In this document: piece after piece, positions 13,391 through 23,620 of the stretch
Position numbering within the stretch: position 1 is the first letter of the stretch
Layout of the letters: each line of letters starts with the position of its first letter
Origin: Vicugna vicugna
Lineage: Eukaryota
Reading direction: 5' to 3'
DNA: 64,000 bases
Assembly: GCA_013265495.1 (NCBI GenBank)
Contig: MU062317.1
Coordinates: 1,054,001-1,118,000, forward strand
Notes under the pieces: model-generated
Seen by the model: only the letters and a program-made list of their open reading frames with translations
Told to the model about the DNA's origin: nothing
Database searches by the model: none
Made by a program: the position numbers and the translations under genes

Positions 13391-15929
13391 ACTGATTACA
13401 GCAAAGCCCCCATGTCTCGAGTCCGTGCCGTGACCACCTGGAAGGCATCAGAGACACACTCTCAGGAGTTAGAGGGCCAGCTGCATATCCAACAGCAGAG
13501 GGAGGAGAAAGTGCCTTCCCTTTCAGCTTTGGCTCCTGCCACCCAGAGCCCCAAATCCCCTGCAGCTAAACCGAGCAAGAGACCCTGAAAGACAGGGTAG
13601 GTTCAAAACTCCGATTCTCGGACATGCTGGCCTCCGTCCCCGCGGCTGGCACTGTGTCCTGATGTTTGAGGGTGGCTTGCAGCCGGAGGCTCCTCTCCTC
13701 CCGGAGACTGGGTGGTGGAGGCCCCCAAATCCAATAAAGATACCTGCCCAGTTCCACAGACTCCACAGCGGCCCAAGCCCCACACAACGGGCTGGTGGGC
13801 GGCTCAGAGCCCTGGCCAGGAGGCCTCTCACTCATCACGACGCCATTTGGACGAGATTTTTAACCTGTAGGCCACATCCAGAGGCCCTGCAGAGCCTGCC
13901 CAGCCCTGCACACTCACACACAAATCTGCCTTCTGCCAGGTGCAAGAAAATTCCAGAAGCCCAAAGTAGCTGCTAACAATGACAGCCTGGATCCTGCAGA
14001 GCGTGACAGTAATGACACAACGTCAAGCAGCCTGCACACATCACCCTGGCCTTCACGGCCCCCAGCAAGTCGGGATCTGCTCACCCCCAGGGTCCCTGCT
14101 TATGGGCAACTCTCTGGTCTGTCTCGCCCGTGGCCAGGGGTGACTCCAGACGAGGACAAGCCATTGTCCCGCTGACACCGGTCCAGCTGGCCTGCAGGTG
14201 CTCTCACGGGACTTGGGGTGGGGGGCTCTGTCTGCTCCTGGAGATCGCGAGGCCCCACAGGCATCCACTACGCCCCGCCCCGCGCCTCCCGCCCACCCTC
14301 CCTTTGCCCACTGGCCTGGGCCCCCGAGGGCCAGCCTCCCCACCAGGGACAGCACTCGGCCCGCAGGAGAACCCACCAAGCTCCCCTGGTTGGGTCCACT
14401 GCCAGCTAAGGTGACGGAGCCACTCATCCCACGGGAACGTGGGAAGAAAGAGCAAGAACCGACCCTCTCCAGGCCCAGGGCTGGTAGCACTCAACTCCGA
14501 GTCCATTTTCTCTGGCATCACGGGGGCGCCCTGGCCTTGTCGCCCCTCTGCTTGCTGGCCCTGGGCCCTGACGGCCACTGCCTCTGGGCCAGGCGGGGAA
14601 GGGCGGGCTCGGCTTGGCTTTTGCTTTCACAGGCCTGGTGAGCGTCAGGGCTTCCCTGAAGAGGGAGGTCATTGTGGCACTGGCCCTTCCGCGCACCCTG
14701 TGTCCAAGCTGTGCTCACTGCTGGTGACCAGCACCCTGGGACGGGAACTGGCATCGTGGTCACAGTTCTCCGGGGGGCCCAGATCTGGCCCAGAGGCCCC
14801 ATGTCCTGCCGATCCGACTGCAGGCTGCACTAAACTGCCACTTCCCTGTATCCTCGCAGCCGGCAGGCCCCGCACGTGAAGCCGGGCAACATCTGTGTCT
14901 GGTGGGCAAAGAATCCGGGGTTCTTTGTCCGGAAACCCAAGGCAGCCTGCCTCTGCGCCTGGCCCTGCCCTCCCTCTGCCAGGCTGCGTCTGTGGTCAGA
15001 GTTGGGGCGGGGGTCCCCCGGAGAAGCAGGAGGGCCCCGGGCCGCAGTAATGGGCTCCTCACCCTCGCCATGGCTGTCCATCCCCTCCCCTTTGGACGCG
15101 GGCAGTCTGTCAGGCACGGGAGGCAACCTAAAACCCCGGGTAAACGGAGAACTTGGTGGGAGTTACGGCGGGTTTCTTACCCCGCCACGGGCCGCAGGGA
15201 CCAGTGGTGCGGCCGAGATGGCCTGCCCGGGCCCGCCGCAGTCATTAGCAGATGAGATTCAATAGCCAGCAGCAGCTTTGAGGGGCTTTATCTAACCTTC
15301 GGAAGGTAAGATTAACACCTTCGATGGAGGGAAAGTTAAGACGCAGGGGCCCTTGGCTTTGCAATTCTGACTCCCAGCCGTGAAACGAGAGCCCCCCCTC
15401 GGGCCAGCGATCTGCCCCGGGGTTTCTAAGCGCTCTTACTTTCCACTGCTTTTTTTTTTTTTTTTGGCCCTTTTGTTCAAAAGGACACTCAGCCAAACGT
15501 GCCGTCACCAAAACTCCACCTCCTGCCTGTCGGACACACTTGCGTGCACATGCAGGAGCACCCTGAACACACACGGGAGCATGGAGCATCGGGGGCCCAG
15601 ACACCCTGGTGGCACCCGGCTCATGGGCAGAGATGCCAGGTCTCCCCGGGCGTGGGGCTGGGGGGACACAAGAAATCTCCCGTTGCCCCAGGTTTCCGTG
15701 CTGCTACTCGGATCTCATTGCACAGAAGTAGCCATGGACCCCGTTCCTCTGGATGGAAAGCAGTGAGAAGCCCCCTGGGCAGAAAGGGCACTGGGCTGGC
15801 TCAAGGTTGCCTGGGCTCCGGCTGGGTGAGGGAGCGAGCGGCCGGTGGGTGTTTTAAAACCAGGCATCAGTGGAGTGGATGACGCGGACGTGGGGAGGTC
15901 GGAGGACAGCGCCCGACATTCCATCGTGG

Positions 15930-16420
15930 GGCTGGTTTTTAAAGTCTCGTCAAATCACTTCCAGGGAAAAATTGATCTGTCTGTGACAGCTTTTCCTCCT
16001 GCTAACATGATAAATAAATAATTAGCCACATTGTTGGGCTGTTTCATTACAGAAAAGGATGGCTCGATGGGCCGAGATGGAACAGCCGATCAGAAGGACG
16101 GAGCCCGGCTGTAAACCCCCCCAGTGCTTTACGACACCATTTGTATTCTGTCAGTCACTAGCTTTATGCTCAGCCCGAGCTGGGAACTGAATACCCTATT
16201 CAGAGAGGTACTCACAGGCGTGCGATTGCAATTTAATATTTTCGCACACAGACACATCATTATCTCGGAACCTGACACTGGCAGCATAATTCTGTAATTT
16301 TTCAAGAGGGCCTAATTTTTCTAAATGCGAGCACTAGGGCCCAGGATTATCCAAACAGCCCCCGCTCCCCTTTGTTTCTTCCATGGGGTTATAAACTGCG
16401 GGAAAGTGCTCGGCCATCGC
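15930..16420. promoter_or_regulatory. AT-rich non-repetitive enhancer-like block with HOX/PBX/MEIS motifs
   Basis: TGACAG 15984-15989, TGATAAAT 16008-16015, TTTACGAC (GTCGTAAA) 16128-16135, CTGTCAGTCA (TGACTGACAG) 16148-16157 and several TAAT cores, in a GC-rich background. Confidence 0.5.
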
Positions 16421-19400
16421 CCTCCCTGCACCTTTGAACTTCTCCCGTCTCTTCTCACACGACGACCAGCTGCAAACGGCTTTGGGCCAGGCCCGCCCGG
16501 CTGCTGCAGCCCCTGCTCCAGACGCCGCAGGGAGCTAAGTGACACTGGGACGGGTGGGGGGCGGCAGTGAAAACGAGGGGCTCTTTGCAAAGCACAAGTG
16601 GGCAGGGAGGTGCAAAGTCACCGACAAAAAAGACCGGCCTGAGGGCGCATCTCCCTCGGACGTCGGACCCAGGCTGGAGCACAGGTGCGGGCACCAGTGT
16701 GCAGGTGCAGCGCCCGCATGGACGCGTCCGCACGCTCCTGGAGACCCTCAGCCCGTGGCCCGGACGAAGGGTGTGTGTCAGGGGCCGTGTCTCCCGCCGA
16801 GAGCAGCGTCAGCTCCGGCCAACAAAATGCTCCCTGGCTCTCAAGCAGTTCAAGAATTCACTGGCTTTTCCAGGAATAAGAGCTGAGAGTGACTTGCAAA
16901 GAAGGCCAGGCTTCCCCGGAAGGCATCTGGGGATGAGCAGGTGGCAGTGAAGAGGAAGGTGGCACCGCCCCAGGCTGGTGGCCACAGCCTAAACAGCTCG
17001 ATTCTGACTGAGCAGAAGACGTCCTCTGGGTCACAAGCTCCGTCCAGAGGGGGAACCGGGGGCAACGAGCAGCCTGTGCTCTCCTCCCTACTGACCCCCA
17101 GAAATAGCACCCAGGACCCCCTTGGATCAGGACAGCAAGTAGGGAGAGGGGACTGACAGCCACTTGTGCGTCTGGGGGCTGGGAACGGCTGTCAGGGCAG
17201 CACACGGCGGTGACGCCGATTCCAGCCCGGCGAGGATCTAATCGTACCGCTTTTCTGGGACCGAGACCAGAGGTGGCCTGTGCGGCAGAAGTATGAATTC
17301 TGGGGACGTGGCCTCATTCTGAACCTTTACCAGGGAGTGTCACCTGCAGGCAGAAAGGTGCCAGGGAGTGACAGGGGCCTGGCTTGGCTGCACCAGGGAC
17401 AGAGGAGAGCTCTGCCCGGGTTGCAGCAGCTCGCCTGTGGCCGCCCCTCGGGCTCCTCCAGTGAGCAGGATTTTCGGTCTTTGTTTAAATGTTTTACGGA
17501 CTGATGTCTCTGGGCGTCTCTGAAGAGGCTGTTACAGCCCATTGAGCAGGTACAAACGTCCAAAGCGTTTTTAAATGCGCGCCCCTTTCCCGGAGACTAG
17601 AAAAAGCAGCTAGCAGGGCGTGTGTTATGCAAATCCATATTTCGGCAGAATATTGACTCCTGCGGTCTCAACACAGGTATGAGGTTAAACCGTGTCCCAG
17701 GAAAGGGTTCCCAGGCACATTCGGTTCCCAGACACATCCTCCGTTGACCCAGGCATTTCACTCCTGTGCTGAAATGTTGGCGGTGCCCTGCCTGCCATCG
17801 GAACCAGAGATACGCGGTACAAATTTCGTCTGAGCCACTGAATTTAAGAGAGAGAGAGAGAGAGGCTCTCACGGAAGCAAGGACAGATACGCAAACCTTC
17901 TTTCCCGCGCCGCTCCCTCCCTTTCCTTCGGGCCTTTCTGATTTGCAGTAGAGCGGTGAGTCGGGGGTCCAGCAACCCCTCCGCAAGCGCAGAGGCAGGA
18001 CTCGGGGGGCCCGCGAGCTGGGAGTCTCCAAACGTGCTGAGGTAGGGGCGGCCTGCTGCTTCTCTCCCCTTCCAAGTGGTTTGGACACAGAGGCCCAGGC
18101 CCTGGGACAAGGACCTGCTGGCCAGTGAGGACCCGAGTCCAGTGGGCATCCATGACACTGCCCAGAGCACGGAGACCTGACACATCTTCCTCTGAGTGGG
18201 TCCGCAGCTGCCTGGGACCCTCAGGTACGTCTCAGAGCCTGGCACACAGTAGGCCCATGGACGACACGCAGAGGTGAACCGCCAAGGGGAACAGTGCAGC
18301 CAAAACAAGCAGGAGACCCAACCCCTGCGGGCCCTGGGAGGCCTCTGATGAGAAAAGAGCCGGCAGATGCCAACAGCTGTTTAACCCCAAAGGTAGACGT
18401 GAGGATGGAAAAGGCCTAGGCTGGGCGGGGGCCAGGAGGGCGGGGGGAGGGCGGGCTCGGCCTTCGCCTGGTGAGCGCCCTGCTGCACGTCGGGGTGGAA
18501 ACAGTCCCCCGCACCTGTGCTCCCCAGTCGGAAAATACAACCACGAGCTAAGGACCGTGTGTGCTTTATTTCGCGACCGAGCTGGGCGGCGAATCGAGGT
18601 ACGGACACGGCCTTCTGCTGCGGCCCTGAGTGGCCCCCCACGGAGCAGGGAGGCTGAGGCCTGACAAAGCAGCTTCCCCAGCGGGCCCAGGAGGTAAGCC
18701 ACCTGGGTCTGCCTGCCTGCCTGCCTGCGTGGGACATCCCGCCCCAGGCAGAATCCCCTCCCCAAACACCATGCCCCCTTCCAGAACCTTCTGCTGGCGG
18801 CCGGGGAGGAAGCACAGGGGGCACGAACACCCACCTGTCCACACTCTGCAGCCCCTCGATTGAGTCACAGCTCACTTTGACCCTCCCAGACGGACCCCCT
18901 TCCTCCGACTTCAAAGACCAGGGTCTGGTGGCCATGAGCCGAGACGGACAGGAGGGGACGCAGCCCAGCCCGGTGCTGGAGTGGACGGCGCGCCGGCTCT
19001 GGGGCCCGAGATGCCCCAGCCACCCCGCCCGTCCCACAGGCCAGCCGCAGGGGGAGGCCCCCGCGTGGTCATGGGAGCAGCGTCCAGGGCGCCCACCAGC
19101 ATGGCTTTGACATTGGCACCAGTGCCCAGCTCTGTTACCCTTTCTAAAGTGGGAAAGTAGACAAAGCCACTCATCTCTCGACTCTGCAGAGCACTGAAGA
19201 GAAGCAGGCCGTAGGCCTGAGGGCCGTGCTGGACTCCTGGAGTCCCGGAAGCACGGCGGGGCCCCTGGAGCTAGGGGTCGGGCAGGCCCGGCCTGGGCTC
19301 TCCCCACTCAGCTCCTCCAGCCGCCCCCAGGAGAAACAGGACGGGGCTTCAGACCCAAAGAGGCAGTGCCAGTGTCTCCCTCAGGCCTCACCATCACCCC

Positions 19401-20760
19401 ATCTCCAAGTCAAGTGTGGAGCACACGCCTGGTGCCAGAGGAGGAAGTCAGACCCACCTGTAGCCACCCAGGTGAGCCAGGAGGCTGAAGGCCAGGGTGT
19501 CGGAGACGCTGCCAGCGCAGCCAGAAGGGCCGCAGTCTGCTTCTGGGACACTCCCGAGAAACCGCCTGGAGTCCCAGGGGCCCCTCTCCTCCCCACGTGA
19601 GCAGGAGAGCAGCCCTGGTCCCAGCCTCAAACCAGGAGAAGGGTCTTCTCCTCCTGTCAATGCCCCTTGAACTGCCTGGGGATGGGAGGGAGGCAGACCC
19701 CCACAGCACCCGCACAGGGACAGTGACAGCAGGCCTGGAGGCTGAGCCCGCATCCTGTCCCTTCACAGCCGGCCGTGTTCCTGCTGCACCCCCACGCTGA
19801 GGGAACAGGGGTCTCGGGCCACGACTCGGGTCTCCGGGAAGAGCATCTCAGAACCAGGAGACCGCCGGGCAGAGGAGACCCGTGCTTTGCCCCCCCCCAC
19901 AGATCCTTCTCACCGTCTCCAGCCTCACACCTGTGGGAGTGAGGAGCAGGCACTCTCCATCACCCGCCTCGCCAACGGCAGAGCAGCTCAGGCTGGGCAA
20001 GGACTCCGGCGGGTAGCGCGGATCCCCACATACACACCCCGGGGCACACACCCCTCGCACGCCCCACACTGGACGGGGTGCAGACTGAAGGCGCACGCCT
20101 CCTTGGAAGGGTGCTCCCCCCGGAGAAGCAGCACGAGGCTGGTGAATTCCCCAGCCCAGCGTGTCCTGTAGAAGCCTCCCGCCAGACGCAGCAAGTGGGC
20201 GTTCAAGGTCACTGGTTCTCAAGCCCTCCTGAGCAGGGTTTCAGAGGTGAACAGAGCAAGGGCTGCCCTCACTTGTCCAAGCTGGAGCCCAGGAACACTG
20301 CCCACAGGGCGGCTTTGCTCCCATGCCTGTAGAACCTCTCTGTGGACCCCCATCCGCCCAGCCGGGGGCCCGGAGGGGAAGTCTGGGTGCGTTGAGGGCT
20401 CGCAGCGCCAGTCTTGTGGGGGCCCCTCCACCCCGAGGCGAATTTCAGGTGAGTCTGTTGCTGCATCAAATATCTACCTCGGAAACAGAGTCAGGCCAGA
20501 ATGAAAAAGTGACCCCACGCTCATCAGGTCGGTTTAAACAGAAGCTGCACTGTCTCCACCCCGAAAGATGATGTTTGGGGTTGGGACCAGCTCAGGCGTC
20601 AGATGGAAAATGTGCAGCGAGAATGCGGAGCCTTCTTTAGAGGAGATAAAATATTCACCAGGACCCAGCCATGTTTTAAAATGATTATAAATTATTTTAA
20701 CAGTGCATTTGCAAAGGGTTATAAAAACAGCCATAATATATTTTTTTCCCTTAGATTCTA

Positions 20761-21052
20761 NNNNNNNNNNNNNNNNNNNNNNNNNNNNNNNNNNNNNNNN
20801 NNNNNNNNNNNNNNNNNNNNNNNNNNNNNNNNNNNNNNNNNNNNNNNNNNNNNNNNNNNNNNNNNNNNNNNNNNNNNNNNNNNNNNNNNNNNNNNNNNNN
20901 NNNNNNNNNNNNNNNNNNNNNNNNNNNNNNNNNNNNNNNNNNNNNNNNNNNNNNNNNNNNNNNNNNNNNNNNNNNNNNNNNNNNNNNNNNNNNNNNNNNN
21001 NNNNNNNNNNNNNNNNNNNNNNNNNNNNNNNNNNNNNNNNNNNNNNNNNNNN
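20761..21052. other. Assembly gap (292 N)
   Basis: Run of N. Confidence 1.
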
Positions 21053-21935
21053 ATATAAAATAAGCAAAGCCTTCACCAGACTCTGACTTCCCTCCTTTTT
21101 TTGCACAGAATGTTAACTATTAAACAAATATGTATCGAGGCCCCGCGGCACTCCTGTCTGCCACCCCAGGCCATTGTTCTTCACAGTCCAGGGAGGGGCC
21201 GCTGGCCTGGCCGGGGCACCTCCGGACAGAGGAGGATTTGACGGCGAAACCCCGAGAGAGCGAGGAGACGGCTGGAACAGGAGAGGCCACCCCCGATGCC
21301 CGGGGCGCACAAGAGCGGCCGTTCCGGCCCCTGGCCCTGACGATGGCCCGTGAGGTGCCCAGACTTAAGGAAGAGCGGCCGATTCCAGACTGGACTTACA
21401 GCTGCGGCCTCGGCTCTTCACCCTGTGGTTCAGGTCCACGCGGCAGCTCCACCTCGCCCCGACGGCCTGGGGGAGGGGCGGTGGTGACCTCCCTCCAGAT
21501 CTGGGGTGGAGGGAAGGGGGCGCTAGCTGGCCCGACGCCTCACCTCCTCTCTTTGCTCAGGCAAAAGACAGAATGTGAGGGGTGGACAAGGTCGACCCTG
21601 GGTCAATGCTCCAGCTCTCCTGCACCTGTCCTTGGGAGAGGACACCCAGAGCCAGGGGCTGGAGACACCCCAGGCAAGGCCCCTGCCCAGCGGAGGAGCC
21701 CAGTCCCAGGCAGAGAGTCCCCGTCTGGAGGAGGCTGAGTGCTCAAGTTCGACAGATGCATTCGCACGCTTTAAGCACACTGATGTCTTGCTTGCTTTTG
21801 TGTTAGAAGCTGACCGTTGGCCCCGGGAAAATGCTTAAATCCTGACACATTAAAAAAAAACCCTATGGAATTAACTGCAGCCTTCAGGAGATGGGGGCTG
21901 CCAAATAAGAAATCCTGGAGGACTTTAAGTGACAC

Positions 21936-22020
21936 TCAGTTTCACAATTAACCTGCTGTGTGACTGTCTATGGGTTATTTGACCTCTCTGTGCCCTTCGT
22001 ATCTTACCCCTAAAAGTGGT
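21936..22020 (+). mobile_element. MIR SINE fragment
   Basis: CTGCTGTGTGACTGTCTATGGGTTATTTGACCTCTCTGTGCCCTTCGTATCTTACCCCTAAAAGTGG resembles the MIR core AGCTGTGTGACCTTGGGCAAGTTACTTAACCTCTCTGTGCCTCAGTTTCC. Confidence 0.7.
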
Positions 22021-22149
22021 GCCAGCCGGCCACACGTCATCCTTCTCAGTCAGTGAAGGGGGAATGGGGTCATGTCTCCCAAGTGTCTCCTCCACCGGAC
22101 CCCCTCCCTGAGGCAGCGGCAGCAACAGGGACACGGGCAGGCAGGGCTC

Positions 22150-23620
22150 AGGCTGTGGCCCCCTCGGGTCTCGGCTCAGGCAGGTGAGGGGGGCGAATGC
22201 ACGGGGCCCAAGCGCCACATTCGTCGAAGCTGGGCCTGCGGATGCGGCCCGGGAAGGCAGGGGTCGCTCCTGGCAAGCCAGACTCCCCACCCCCGCCTCG
22301 ATTTCTCCGCAGCGCCGCAACTTAGACCCGGCCTCCCGCGCCTGCTTCCTCGTCTCTCCGGACCCAGGTCCGCGGAGCGACCTCGAACCGCACATGGGCC
22401 TGCGCCCGGCGATGGAGTCTGGGCCAGGTCAGCAGCCGGCTGCGGAGCCCACTCCCTCCGTCCAGAAAGCCAAGAGAGGCGAAGACCCTTGGGGCCACGC
22501 CGCGGCCCTGGGGGAGGAGGGCGCCGCTCCGGCCGGGCTGAGACCAGGGGCGCTCGGCCGGGCGCAGCCACCGCCACCACCCCGCTGCGCGGTGTAGACG
22601 CGGGCGCCGCTCACGCCGCGCTGTAGTTGGTCGCGACTTCGTGCGCGGAGAGCCTTGCGCCGTCGGCTCCGCCGGGGATCCCTGTGCCCCGCGCCGCGGC
22701 CCGGCCCGGCCCGCGCCGTCTGGAGCCCCGCGCAGCCCGCGTCTGCGCTCGCAGCGAGGCCGGGCCGGCTCCTTCCGCCTCGAGAAGTTTCTTTCCCGCG
22801 CAGAGACGGCACCCCGACTGTGCCTTGTCCTCCCGCGCCGGCTACGTGAGCTGCAGCGTCCAAGACTTGTTACACGGGTTTGATTCAAAACCTGATAAAT
22901 TGTATTTAACGCTATTTGAAATTTTTAAACGAAAGTATTCGAAAGATTTTTAATCCTGGATAATTTTTGTTGAAACTCTAATTATATGTCACCTTAATTA
23001 CCAGCCCAGCCCCCAAGGATCCCTAATTGCCTTCTAATTGAATAAAACGGGGCTAATCGCGCCCACAGCGGCCCAGCGAGCCGGCGCGCTCCCCGAGGGG
23101 CTCGTGGAGGGGAGTCCCAGGCCGCTCCACCGCCCGCACCGGCCTCTCAGCACAAACGGGAGACTGGGTCCCCGGCCCTGCGCTCTGCCCGGAAGGGAGA
23201 CGCCCGGGGCGCAGGAGCTGCGGGCGGGCAGGGTCGGGGAGGCCTAGCCCGCACCTGCTCCACGCCAGCGGCCAACAGAAGGAACGCGGCGCGCGTGACT
23301 GGGGACCCCAGGCGGCAGCGGGTGCCCTTCCCCCGGAGCACGTGGGGAGGTCATCCACGAACAGGACCCGGCACCCTCCCCTCCCGCAAGCCTCGGTGGG
23401 TGCCCTGGCACACCGGCGGGGCCCCTGGCCAGCCAGAGCCTTCAGGCAATCGCTCACCGCCGCCGCGGGGCACCTGGCCTTGGCAGCCAGCCCTGCACCC
23501 CGCCCCTCCACCGCAGCCTCCGCATTTTCGCCCGAAGCGGGGCGAGCCGCCAGACTCCCGCTGGACATTTCCTGGCGCTGCTGCCCTACCCGGCGTCCGG
23601 ACAGGAGGCTGCTGTCCTGG
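22150..23620. promoter_or_regulatory. CpG island with a central AT-rich homeodomain-site core
   Basis: Dense CpG from about 22200 to 23600, interrupted by an AT-rich core at 22880-23050 with seven TAAT cores between 22951 and 23058. Confidence 0.75.
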
